Counted from the first letter of the stretch, positions 13,018 to 26,228 are shown. The stretch is 59,257 bases of DNA from Octopus bimaculoides (GCF_001194135.2 NC_069004.1:30785575-30844831), one strand, 5' to 3'. Notes: generated from the letters alone by a model not told the origin. Made by a program: numbers and translations.

Positions 13018-13326
13018 TACATATGCATGTATATACGTATAGATATATACTTCTATACACGTATATATGTTTATAAATATAGATATATACATCCATATTT
13101 ACATGCATACATACATATTGATATTAATGTCTGAAAATGAATAAATAATGGTGACGATGTTGATGATGATGATGGTGATGATGAGGATGATGAGGATGAT
13201 GATGATAATCGTGAAGGCGGTGTTGGCGACATTGGTGAAGATGTGTCGGGTAACATTAATGCTATTTATGACAATAGTGACGTTAAATGCACTACTAGAT
13301 TCTATCCAGGACATAAACACATACAT

Positions 13327-13380
<54 letters not shown>

Positions 13381-13893
13381 GTGATGGATTTATGCATTAT
13401 GGTTTTCGAAAAAAGTACACATACACATATAGATTTGCTTGCTTAAACATACACATGAAACCTACCCCATGTACACATACACACACTCTCTCAATCTTTT
13501 TCTCTCTCTCTCTCTCTCCATTCATGTATGTACATATATATATACATATATATGTGTGTGTGCGTGTGTGTGTGTATTTATATATACATACATACAATAT
13601 ACATACACATGTGTATATTTATATATAAATATATGAACATATATATATATATTCTATGTTCTATATATTCTATGTTCATGCATATATAGATAGACACACT
13701 TACATGCGCGTGCGCACTCGCGAAATCCCTGGCGATCCACATTAAGCCCAACATAGAATGAAGAGGCTTAAATAGGATGTAGCGGCGTTCAATTTCTTCA
13801 TACATATGCATTCCTTATACATAATTTTTTCTACACAAATACCACATATGTTCACACACTCATAGACTTAATACATCCTCATGAACACACACA

Positions 13894-13959
<66 letters not shown>

Positions 13960-14359
13960 NNNNNNNNNNNNNNNNNNNNNNNNNNNNNNNNNNNNNNNNN
14001 NNNNNNNNNNNNNNNNNNNNNNNNNNNNNNNNNNNNNNNNNNNNNNNNNNNNNNNNNNNNNNNNNNNNNNNNNNNNNNNNNNNNNNNAGTCTTAAGTAGA
14101 CTCCTTAAAGATCGTTCTCCTTGGTTATATATCCAAAGATTTAAATTTAAAAGAGAGTACACATATATATGTGTGTATATATATACCCTAATCATACAAA
14201 CGAATGCGATCGCTAACAGGGTTTTATATACACGCGCGTGAACTTTTTCAACGCACTCATGCATAGAAAAACATATATAGTGTAGATAGATGGATGGATA
14301 CAGAGAGAGGCGGGAAGCAGGGAAAGATATATACAATGCATACATATAGGGAAATATAG

Positions 14360-14391
<32 letters not shown>

Positions 14392-14630
14392 TGTATGTAT
14401 GGATGGATGGATGGATGGATGGATGGATAGATGGATAGATAGATAGATAGATAGATATGTGTATGTATATATATCTGCATATGTATGTATAAGTATACAC
14501 AGCTATACATTCATATATATGCATAGATGTATGAATATTATATATACAAATATACATACGTGCATACATGCATGCATACATACATAGAAAATATAAATAC
14601 GCATGCATCCTTACATATACACTCACATAT

Positions 14631-14679
<49 letters not shown>

Positions 14680-15343
14680 TTTATATATACGTCCATGTGT
14701 ATAAATGTGTGCATTAATCCATATACATGTATGTGTGTGTGTGTGTAAATATATATGTTTGTATAAATATATATATATATTTAATATGTATACATATATA
14801 CGTGCATATATTACACACTTATATGCATACACACATATCTAATACACACCGCATACCACAACCACCGACGCCATTAAACACATGGTCACTCACACACACA
14901 CACACACACACACACTACGTCAATGAACACCGACATGCTCTCACTCACACACACACACACACACACAGACAGACTCACACACACGCACGCACACATTCGT
15001 ATGTATTGACGGGTGCAATGAAGCGTGACGCTAAATTATGCAAATATTCATAGGAGTCCGTCACCGTGTCATTGTGATGCTCTCTCTGCTCACGTGATTC
15101 TCCACGCAATTAACTGCATACGTATGCAAGGCGCATACTAATATGCATGTGTCTGTTTCGCCTCTGTGTGTGTGTGTGTGTGTGAGTGTGTGTGTGTGTA
15201 TGTGTGTATAAATGAATGTGTGTGTGTGAGTATATGTGTTTATATGTGTGTTTGTATGTGTACAAACATAAATGCGAGTATATAGATATATAGGACAGTT
15301 AGATAGAGGGAGAGGGAGAAGGTAGAGGGGTATAGATACATAG

Positions 15344-15407
<64 letters not shown>

Positions 15408-15527
15408 GTGATACATAGATATTTTTAAGTTTACATATATACGCATGTATGCTTGTAGATTCATTGTGTGCGTATATATGTGTATATGTGTGTGTGTATC
15501 AGTGTATATCATATATATACATATATG

Positions 15528-15573
<46 letters not shown>

Positions 15574-15589
15574 TTCNNNNNNNNNNNNN

Positions 15590-15636
<47 letters not shown>

Positions 15637-16274
15637 GATATAGATATAGATATGTATATATCTATATATATATATATATATATACATATATATACATATA
15701 TATACATGCATATACATACATACATACATACATATATACACTCAGATACAAACATACACACACACAGAGATGCACGCGCGCGCGAACGCGTGTGGCTTTC
15801 ATTAATTTCTTTGCTGTGTTCGTCAATGGCGCGTTTAACATGTAGACACCCAATTCACAATTAAGTAGGCACAAATATCTATTTTTTCCTCTTCTACGGA
15901 CTTCTCCATATTAAACAGACACATAATTACACAGACAATCTATATAGACGTTGTCCATATACATATTCACTTAAACAGAGACACACATTATCAAATTGCC
16001 GCTCTTTAACGATGTTAATATGTACCTCTTCTATAAAACTATAACAGAGAAACGGAACCACATCCCCTGTGATTGTACGTACATCAACATTTTGTGTGGT
16101 TACATTCAATACACTCTGCATAGATTCCTTGTTATATATNNNNNNNNNNNNNNNNNNNNNNNNNNNNNNNNNNNNNNNNNNNNNNNNNNNNNNNNNNNNN
16201 NNNNNNNNNNNNNNNNNNNNNNNNNNNNNNNNNNNNNNNNNNNNNNNNNNNNNNNNNNNNNNNNNNNNNNNNNN

Positions 16275-16308
<34 letters not shown>

Positions 16309-16329
16309 TATATTTCATTATGTGTCATT

Positions 16330-16510
16330 TTGTCACTGTATGTAGGCGCCTCACTACTATATATAGATTGTAGCACAATTATAGATTACGTCACACACTA
16401 TATATAGACGTATTAGTACAATGTGTAGATTACGTCACAACTGTATGAGGATTACATCACATGTGCATGTGGCATACATCACAGGTGTATGTGGATTACG
16501 TCACAGCTAT
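16330..16510. repeat. Degenerate ~20-25 bp minisatellite (GTAGATTACGTCACA-like)
   Basis: TTACGTCAC at 16386, 16430 and 16496; TTACATCAC at 16452. Confidence 0.7.
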
Positions 16511-16789
16511 ATATTTATAGAGAAAGATAGATAGATAGAAACATACATACATAAATAAATACACACAGGTAGGTAGGTAGGTAGGTAGGTAGGCAGGTAG
16601 GTAGGTAGGTAGGTACGTAGGCAGGTAGGTAGGTAGGTAGGTAGGTAGGTAGGTAGGTAGGTAGGTAAGATGGTATGTAAGAAGTAGATACATAGAATAT
16701 ATATATATATGTATGTATAAGCATACACACATATATATATACATACATATATATATATACACACACACGCGCACACACGCACCCACATG

Positions 16790-16839
<50 letters not shown>

Positions 16840-18147
16840 ATAATTTATGTTATAATATTGAACAAACAGTAAAAAAGTTGTCATTATAGTACTCGGAGTT
16901 TCGAAGCAAAGTTCTATTTCCTTAATATTGAGGTCCCATTCTTTTGTTCTTACGTTTTATTATTATCATTATTATTATTATTATTATTATCATCATATAT
17001 ATTTACACATATATGTATATATGTCTAGGTGTATATGTATACAGGTATGTATATATACACGTATATGTACATATATATGTGTCCGTGTGTGTGTATATGT
17101 GTGTATGTATATATAACAAAAACTTATTATAGATATTTCCAATCCATTCAATACGCACATTTCATATAGTTGCGTAACAACTTTTTACACAGATAACTAT
17201 TTTCTTCAGTCACTTTAAGCAAAATACGTGAATGTCTTCAAAATTGCCCCTATCTGCAGTAGACTGCCTGTGTAAAGCCACAGAAAAACCTTAGAGAATT
17301 ATTATATAAAGAGAAAAATACATACAAACGTGTGAATGTGAGTCCATCCATGTGTGCTTGTGTGTGCGTGCATACGCGCACGCGCGCGCGTGAATGTGTG
17401 TCCTCGACCGTAGACTTGCTATGTAAATTCGGTATCGTATATTTTCCGTCTTTCTCTTGCATCTCTTAGTTCTTGTTCATCACCTCTATAAGATGTCCGC
17501 AGAAACGTTTACCTGCCGTTTTGTTTTTTTCTTTTGGCGTACAAAGCTCCCTTGTACACTTCTGCGATTGTTATTTTCTCGCTTTATATTTCTACCCCTT
17601 TTTTTAGTCATTTGTACTGTTCGTTTATTTGTCTTTTCTTTGCCTCGTAATATTTTACGTTTCATTAATTATGAGTGTGTGTGTGTGTGAGTTTATTCAT
17701 ATATATACATGTGTATGCGCGCGCGCGTACGTATGTGTGTGAACCGCTTAAATATGGCAATGTCGAAACATTTGCAAAGGTGGGAAAATGCCAAAGAAGT
17801 AGAGACTCTTAAGATGAACCTTTATGTAAAGACATTCTTACCAAGTCAATCCACATATGACCTGATGCCTTACCAAAGCTAGAAGAGAGTTTGAAACAAG
17901 GAACAATTCGAATAATAAGAATTGCAAACAAGGATTTCGTTGTTTCGTCTGATGTAGAGACTAAAACTGACAACTCAGGGAGTACCGGACGACGGGAGTT
18001 GCTGGACGATACAATGCTGGATTTACGAGACCCTAGCTGTATATACAGGAATATGTCGGTGTGTATACACACGCACATACACACACACACACAAACACAT
18101 ATATGTACATATATCCGTATCTCTTATATATTAATTTATATATATTA

Positions 18148-18197
<50 letters not shown>

Positions 18198-18528
18198 NNN
18201 NNNNNNNNNNNNNNNNNNNNNNNNNNNNNNNNNNNNNNNNNNNNNNNNNNNNNNNNNNNNNNNNNNNNNNNNNNNNNNNNNNNNNNNNNNNNNNNNNNNN
18301 NNNNNNNNNNNNNNNNNNNNNNNNNNNNNNNNNNNNNNNNNNNNNNNNNNNNNNNNNNNNNNNNNNNNNNNNNNNNNNNNNNNNNNNNNNNNNNNNNNNN
18401 NNNNNNNNNNNNNNNNNNNNNNNNNNNNNNNNNNNNNNNNNNNNNNNNNNNNNNNNNNNNNNNNNNNNNNNNNNNNNNNNNNNNNNNNNNNNNNNNNNNN
18501 NNNNNNNNNNNNNNNNNNNNNNNNNNNN

Positions 18529-18575
<47 letters not shown>

Positions 18576-18580
18576 TACAC

Positions 18581-18616
<36 letters not shown>

Positions 18617-18955
18617 GCTCGCGCGCATATTTCTGTCTGCATACATATTTACATTCATACACATTCATACATACATATATACATACACATAAATATATAC
18701 ATTTATACATACACACATACATACATACATACACACATACATACGTACATACGCATACACGCATATATGCATACATACATACATATATACACATACACGT
18801 ACATACATGCACGCACACATACATACACACATACATACGTACATACACGTATACATACATACACACATATATGTATACATACATATGTACACATACACGT
18901 ACATATATGCACGCACACATACATACATACATACATACATACATACATACATACA

Positions 18956-18986
<31 letters not shown>

Positions 18987-20181
18987 CCCCACCCAATCTC
19001 CGAAGTAAGACTGCACCAATCCATCTGCCCATCGGTCTGCCAGTCTGCCATTCTGCCGCTCTGCCGACCGCAGCTACCCCACAATCTACACATTGTTCTG
19101 TTTCCTCGGTCACACCCTTATTTTTCCCGCCCTCTTTCTTCCTTTTCATGGTGTTGCTGCCTGATTTAACCCAATGACTATGGCTGCCCCCTGGTGCCAC
19201 AGTTCTGGCGCTGAAACAGACATCTGGTGTTAGTTGTAAAGGGCCGTAATGTCTACCAGCATCCCAGCATCTACTGACAAACATTATAACACATACATGC
19301 ATTTTATACATACATTCATAGATATATATACATATGCATATATATATATATANNNNNNNNNNNNNNNNNNNNNNNNNNNNNNNNNNNNNNNNNNNNNNNN
19401 NNNNNNNNNNNNNNNNNNNNNNNNNNNNNNNNNNNNNNNNNNNNNNNNNNNNNNNNNNNNNNNNNNNNNNNNNNNNNNNNNNNNNNNNNNNNNNNNNNNN
19501 NNNNNNNNNNNNNNNNNNNNNNNNNNNNNNNNNNNNNNNNNNNNNNNNNNNNNNNNNNNNNNNNNNNNNNNNNNNNNNNNNNNNNNNNNNNNNNNNNNNN
19601 NNNNNNNNNNNNNNNNNNNNNNNNNNNNNNNNNNNNNNNNNNNNNNNNNNNNNNNNNNNNNNNNNNNNNNNNNNNNNNNNNNNNNNNNNNNNNNNNNNNN
19701 NNNNNNNNNNNNNNNNNNNNNNNNNNNNNNNNNNNNNNNNNNNNNNNNNNNNNNNNNNNNNNNNNNNNNNNNNNNNNNNNNNNNNNNNNNNNNNNNNNNN
19801 NNNNNNNNNNNNNNNNNNNNNNNNNNNNNNNNNNNNNNNNNNNNNNNNNNNNNNNNNNNNNNNNNNNNNNNNNNNNNNNNNNNNNNNNNNNNNNNNNNNN
19901 NNNNNNNNNNNNNNNNNNNNNNNNNNNNNNNNNNNNNNNNNNNNNNNNNNNNNNNNNNNNNNNNNNNNNNNNNNNNNNNNNNNNNNNNNNNNNNNNNNNN
20001 NNNNNNNNNNNNNNNNNNNNNNNNNNNNNNNNNNNNNNNNNNNNNNNNNNNNNNNNNNNNNNNNNNNNNNNNNNNNNNNNNNNNNNNNNNNNNNNNNNNN
20101 NNNNNNNNNNNNNNNNNNNNNNNNNNNNNNNNNNNNNNNNNNNNNNNNNNNNNNNNNNNNNNNNNNNNNNNNNNNNNNNNN

Positions 20182-20205
20182 GAAACCTTCACCAGTTGCC
20201 CAATC
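20182..20205 (-). CDS. Candidate exon start running into a gap (DWATGEGF or IGQLVKV frame)
   Basis: Strong minus-strand acceptor CCTTTCCGTTGTATTGTCTCGCAG immediately upstream; the rest is lost in the N-run. Confidence 0.2.
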
Positions 20206-20251
20206 CTGCGAGACAATACAACGGAAAGGCGCGTACGCTCACACGCACGCA

Positions 20252-20303
<52 letters not shown>

Positions 20304-20325
20304 TCTATATGTATGCATGTATGTA

Positions 20326-20822
20326 TTATGTCATTATTCAGTTTAGTTTCAAAATTTCTTGCCAATAGAGAATGAACCGGTTTCTAACCTAGATCCAAGG
20401 CTCTTTCATTGGAATTTCAACATCAACAGGGTATTTTTGTTTATATGTACGTACGTACGTATGTATGTATGTATGTATGTTTGTATGTTTTACGTATGTA
20501 TTCTCATGCATATAGTTACATATCTAGACATGCTCATACATATATAAACTTCTGGAAATTTTTACAGAATTTGACAGTTCCAGTGATGGATTGGATCTGT
20601 AGTCTTCGAATTAGCTTTCTCCTTTCTGGTTTTGAGAAGCCTAATTTCTCAAGATTAGTACTTAGGCAGTGTGTTACATATCCCAAGGCCCCCAATAATT
20701 ACAGGTATAGTATGTATGTATGCGTTTATGTATGTGTATGTGAGATTTGTATTCTCATGCATATAGTTGCATGTCTAGACACGCTCATATATACCTAAAT
20801 GATAAACTTCTGGAAAGCTTTG
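20326..20822 (-). mobile_element. 5'-truncated RLE retrotransposon 3' end (CATA-associated family), plus a short second fragment
   Basis: Minus strand encodes (P)V-IIGGLGYVTHCLSTNLEKLGFSKPERRKLIRRLQIQSITGTVKFCKNFQKF-like C-terminus (one frameshift); 3'UTR GAGCCTTGGATCTAGGTTAGAAACCGG; (CATA)n on both sides. Confidence 0.85.
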
Positions 20823-20974
20823 CAGATACGTGCGCATGCACGTAGGTATGTATGTACATTAAAGCGTGGTCTGTCAGATGATGGATAATTATGGAAATAT
20901 ATTTTCATCACCTTGCGTAATATCAAGAAATATGGCATTCACACACTAGTTATAATATAATTTTTATCAAAATG

Positions 20975-21595
20975 GTATTATACACATGCTAAATTGTTAC
21001 CATTCCTGTGATGGATAAGTCTAATATCAACAAATACAGATTACATACAATGATTATAATTTTAAATTATAACCTGTATCAATTCGTTTCGCAAGATTCC
21101 TGATGTGAAATCGTGAGTTGAAACAGATTTTGTTATATTTCGGGACGGTCATATTTTTCCTTGCAAAATAAACACACGCACTGTATATTCGTACTTCCAC
21201 TGTTTATTATTATTATTATTATTATTATTTTATCTTATGTCCATTGTCTGGAAATCTTTCGTCTGACACCTGTGACCTCTTCAGCGACTCCTCTATCTCA
21301 CGTGTATCCCCCTGTTCTGTTTAGTCATCAAAAAGGTATTATACATACACTAAACTGTTACCCATCACATGATGGCTAACTTTGAAAATATACTTGTGCC
21401 ATCATAGCTAATATCAGGAAATATAGATTACAGGCAATAATTATAATTTTAATTTTTACGTGTATGAATTCGTTTCGCAAGATTCCTGATGTGACATCGT
21501 GAGTTGAAACAGGATTTTGTTATATTTCGGGACGGTCATATTTTTTCTTGCCAATAAACACACGCACTACATATTCGTACTTCCACTTATTTATT
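20975..21595. repeat. Local direct duplication of a ~240-260 bp repeat unit (20975-21215 and 21335-21595)
   Basis: Core AATTCGTTTCGCAAGATTCCTGATGTG...GTACTTCCACT is nearly identical in both copies; a related sequence occurs at about 23340-23400. Confidence 0.9.
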
Positions 21596-21603
21596 ATTGA
21601 TCT

Positions 21604-21822
21604 AAGGCGGCGAGCTGGCAGAATGGTTAGCACACCGGGCGAAATGTTTAGCGGTATTTCGTCTGTCTTTACGGTCTGAGTTCAAATTCCAACGAGGTCG
21701 ACTTTGCCTTTCCTCCTTTCGAGGTCGATAAATTTAGTACCAGTTGCGTACCGGGATCGATCTAATCGACTGGCCCCTCCTCCCCAAAAATATCGGGCCT
21801 GGTACCTAGAGTAGAAAAGAAT
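21604..21822 (+). mobile_element. SINE-A, full length
   Basis: tRNA-like head AAGGCGGCGAGCTGGCAGAATGGTTAGCAC... with B-box-like GAGTTCAAATTCC; ends GAGTAGAAAAGAA. Confidence 0.92.
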
Positions 21823-21854
21823 AGCTATAATTTAAATATTCATCAAGTGAAAAC

Positions 21855-21971
21855 AGTGGCTTAGTGGTTAGGGTATACGGCTTCATGATCGTAAGGTCGT
21901 GAGTTCAATTCCAGGCGACGCGTTGTGTCCTTGTGCAAGACACTTTATTTCCCGTTGTTCCAGTTCACTCA
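21855..21971 (+). mobile_element. SINE-C 5' part (runs into gap)
   Basis: GTGGCTTAGTGGTTAGGGTA...GATCGTAAGGTCGTGAGTTCAATTCC...TGTGTCCTTG.GCAAGACACTTTATTT. Confidence 0.88.
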
Positions 21972-22777
21972 NNNNNNNNNNNNNNNNNNNNNNNNNNNNN
22001 NNNNNNNNNNNNNNNNNNNNNNNNNNNNNNNNNNNNNNNNNNNNNNNNNNNNNNNNNNNNNNNNNNNNNNNNNNNNNNNNNNNNNNNNNNNNNNNNNNNN
22101 NNNNNNNNNNNNNNNNNNNNNNNNNNNNNNNNNNNNNNNNNNNNNNNNNNNNNNNNNNNNNNNNNNNNNNNNNNNNNNNNNNNNNNNNNNNNNNNNNNNN
22201 NNNNNNNNNNNNNNNNNNNNNNNNNNNNNNNNNNNNNNNNNNNNNNNNNNNNNNNNNNNNNNNNNNNNNNNNNNNNNNNNNNNNNNNNNNNNNNNNNNNN
22301 NNNNNNNNNNNNNNNNNNNNNNNNNNNNNNNNNNNNNNNNNNNNNNNNNNNNNNNNNNNNNNNNNNNNNNNNNNNNNNNNNNNNNNNNNNNNNNNNNNNN
22401 NNNNNNNNNNNNNNNNNNNNNNNNNNNNNNNNNNNNNNNNNNNNNNNNNNNNNNNNNNNNNNNNNNNNNNNNNNNNNNNNNNNNNNNNNNNNNNNNNNNN
22501 NNNNNNNNNNNNNNNNNNNNNNNNNNNNNNNNNNNNNNNNNNNNNNNNNNNNNNNNNNNNNNNNNNNNNNNNNNNNNNNNNNNNNNNNNNNNNNNNNNNN
22601 NNNNNNNNNNNNNNNNNNNNNNNNNNNNNNNNNNNNNNNNNNNNNNNNNNNNNNNNNNNNNNNNNNNNNNNNNNNNNNNNNNNNNNNNNNNNNNNNNNNN
22701 NNNNNNNNNNNNNNNNNNNNNNNNNNNNNNNNNNNNNNNNNNNNNNNNNNNNNNNNNNNNNNNNNNNNNNNNNNNNN

Positions 22778-22819
<42 letters not shown>

Positions 22820-23370
22820 GTATGCATGTATGTATGTATGTATGCATGTATGTATGTGTATATATATAAATATACACACACACACTCACAAACACACACT
22901 CTTCTTGTCTTCTATCTCTGTCACTTGACTCTTTCTCTCTTACAATGTGTGTTTGTGTGTCTGTGTGTCGCATTGATTTACTCATTACCTGCCGCCAAGC
23001 CTAGCATGTGCACTCGTCCGGCACCTCTGATGTTAGCAATCAACAACAAGAACAACAACGACAACAAAAATGTATCAACTTGCACACTCGTTTAAATTTC
23101 TAGATCAGTATGCATTTGTAGAGTTAGGCAGTTAGGTACACAGAAGCGGGTATTAATGTTAAACATTTTCATGATGGTATTAATATAATTTGTTTTATCA
23201 ATAGATTGTTTGAATTTTATTCGTAGATTTGTTAGGTTGATTGTAGGATGCGAAGAGTCAGGATTAGTATAATTTTAGTTGGTTATTTATTATCAAAATA
23301 ATAAGCCATTGAGTTTTTGTATCTAGCTTGCAAAATGCCTTATGTGAATTCATGTGTTGAAACAAATTTT

Positions 23371-23675
23371 GTAGTGTCTCGGGGGAGTCATGTTGCCTTA
23401 ATATTATAACACACTCACCGGTTCAATTTCTAGTCATTTATTCATTTATTCCAGAAAGCTTTTTCGTCGCTGCATTTGAGACTGTATCAATTCATTTTGA
23501 CTCTGAGCGTCCGTTATTAAAACTGTGTTCCTTTTTGATTTTTTTGTTTGTTTGTTGTATGTTGTTTGTTTGAAAAAAAAAGGGAATAAATAGATAGATA
23601 CATAAATAAATGAGTGGAAATTGAACCGGTGAGTGTGTTATATTAAGGCATTATGACTCTCCCCAGACACAACAA
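23371..23675. repeat. Inverted repeat pair, ~70-bp arms with ~150-bp spacer
   Basis: GTGTCTCGGGGGAGTCAT...ACACACTCACCGGTTCAATTTC versus GAAATTGAACCGGTGAGTGTGTT...ATGACTCTCCCCAGACAC. Confidence 0.85.
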
Positions 23676-23759
23676 AAATCATTGAGTGCTAGGATGTTAA
23701 CGGTGCTAATAAATTTCAGTCGATCACACTTGGAAATCCGAGAGGAAAGTCTAATGGCA

Positions 23760-23928
23760 GTTGCTTCACTTGAAACCGATGTTGGTGTGTTTACGTCCCC
23801 GTAACATTAGCGGTTTGATAAAACAGACCGATAGAATAAGTACCGGATTTACAAAGAATAAGTCCAGGGGTCGATTTCTTCGACTAAAAGGCGGTGCTCC
23901 AGCATGGCCGCAGTCGAAATGACTGAGA
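23760..23928 (+). mobile_element. SINE-B 3' half
   Basis: TTGGTGTGTTTACGTCCCCGTAAC...GGCGGTGCTCCAGCATGGCCGCAGTC, as in the full copy at 29459. Confidence 0.85.
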
Positions 23929-24725
23929 AGAATGTATTATGCACTTTATTGTGTTTCTTTTATGCATATGTTCCCCCGGTTTGTGGGGGAAACGTGCCAT
24001 GCATGACACCGGTCCGTAGAGCGAAAGAAAACGTGTTTAGAGAATGATGATTTAGATAATGTAGACCTTGATAGCTTTTAGAGTCGGAGGGAAACAGATG
24101 GGTTAAATCACAGCTCAAACGTTTTTGATCATAGATCTGGATCAGAGCGCTGATCTCGAACTAAAACGACAGAACGACTACAACAGTTACTAACATTTAT
24201 ACTAACCAATGTGGAGGCGCGTGGTTTAGGGGTTAGGACTTTGCTTTTCATCCTTTCGGGGTCGATAAAGTCATTACCAGTTGAACACTGGGGGTCGGTC
24301 TAATCGACTTAGCCCCTCACCCGAAATTGCTGGCCTTGTACAAAAATCTGAAACCAATATTTATACTAATACTTATATTATACTGCTGCTGCTGCTGCTA
24401 CTGCTGCTACTACTACTACTACCACCAGAACGACAATAATAGAATCAGAAGAGTAACAAAAAAGTATGAGCAGGACAACAGCAACAACAACAACACATGC
24501 ACGCATTTATTTTATGAAATATATATATATATACACACACACACGTATATATATTTATATATACTGCATTGAAGTGTATATGAGCACGTGACTGTGTTTG
24601 TGTATGTATGTATAGATTGATGCATGCATGCATATGTGGGTGTATGTATGCATGTATGTATGTGTGTCATATATGTAGGTATGTGTTTGTGGATATGTGT
24701 GAATATGGATGAGAATGAGTATATA

Positions 24726-24784
<59 letters not shown>

Positions 24785-25754
24785 GTATGTATGTATGTGT
24801 GTATGTATGTATGTATGTATGAGTGTGTATGTAGATATGGATGTACGTATATGCATGTCTGTTTGTACGTGTGCGTGCGCAAGAAATGTTGACGTCACAA
24901 AGCCTGCGTTTGGATCGAAACACGTATCTCTCTCACTCAGAGATGTATGTCACATGACAGCTTGCACTTCAATCATTGTGCAAATCATGTAGACGACGAC
25001 GACGACGGCGACGACGGCGAAGAAGAAGAAGAAGAAGAGGAGGTGGGGGGGCTGACGTGGACAGCATCCGCTTCAGTGATGGCGATGGAGATGATGACGA
25101 CAACGAAGATCATGATGATGATGGTGATGATGATGATGATGATGATGATGATGACGATGATGACAAGGACTATGATGACACTTTCCCGAGCTAATCAGAA
25201 TCTGATCTGGCCTAGTGTGATATCTGATGGAGAGGAAAGAGGAGCAGCGGGAGGTGGAGGGACGGGGGTGGTCAGAGGAGGAGGAGGAGGACATAGGTGG
25301 GGGGAGAGGAGGAGGAGGCGGCGGCGGCGGTGACATTGAGATTGAAGATAGTGGAAAGTGCGTGAGAGAGTCGGGATGGGAGGTAGTAAGTGTTCCACCA
25401 CCACCACCACCAACAACCACCCGCCACCCTTAATATACCCATCGGACTTTTAACACTTCAAACGGTTGCGCTACTCTCTCTCTCTAAACTCATTTCTATG
25501 AGACCGCCACTGAAAACACACTGGAAACACACACACAATCACACACACACATACACGAACAGACACACACACACACAATCACACACACACAATCACACAC
25601 ACACGCATACACACAAACATACACACATATATACATGTCTACATACATACATACATACACGAATAAACGCATTCATACATTCATGCATGCATGCATACAT
25701 ACATACATACATACATACATACATACATGTATGCATGCATACATACATGCATAT

Positions 25755-26143
25755 TTGATCTCTTTGAAAATCTAAGAGAAAGGGGAGAATTATGGACAAC
25801 TGCTTCACCCCCCCCCCCCNNNNNNNNNNNNCCAGCTTCGATATCCAGATTATAAATTCTCGTTTGTACCAATAATAATTGGTGCGCTTGGTTTTCTGGG
25901 TAAATGCCTAAGTAACACTCTGGATAAATTAGGGTTTTCAGAAAAAAAAGAATCAACTGACTAACTCGCACATTACAAATACAGTCTGTAAGTGGAACAG
26001 TGAAAATATGCAACACTTTCGTCAAGTTTAAAATGTGAATTTGCTTTTGGTGTCTACATTGAAACGATGGAGCCTTCTATCGTGTTTTAGAAACCATCTC
26101 CTTCCTGCCAGGAAGAATTTAAATAATTAAAAACAGAAAAGAA
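25755..26143 (+). mobile_element. 5'-truncated RLE retrotransposon 3' end (CATA-associated, divergent subfamily)
   Basis: ISLKI*EKGENYGQLL...QLRYPDYKFSFVPIIIGALGFLGKCLSNTLDKLGFSEK, frameshift, then LQIQSVSGTVKICNTFVKFKM*; (CATA)n upstream and downstream. Confidence 0.85.
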
Positions 26144-26228
26144 CATACATACATACGTACATACATACATTAGAAAATTACTATTTGTAAATCTCACAAC
26201 GAGAGATATTCAGCAACAGTACTTTGGG

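Noticed and set aside
21090-21130. CTGATGTG...GAAAC motif resembling a hammerhead core (also at about 21485)
   Set aside because: The core deviates (GUG instead of GA) and no consistent stems II/III can be drawn.
21604-21690. tRNA-like sequences (A/B-box heads) at many positions
   Set aside because: They continue into shared SINE bodies and do not form complete cloverleaves; they are SINE heads, not tRNA genes.
25245-25335. G-rich stretch as a possible G-quadruplex
   Set aside because: The fourth G-run is separated by a long GGA-repeat loop; this is not distinguishable from ordinary triplet-repeat composition.
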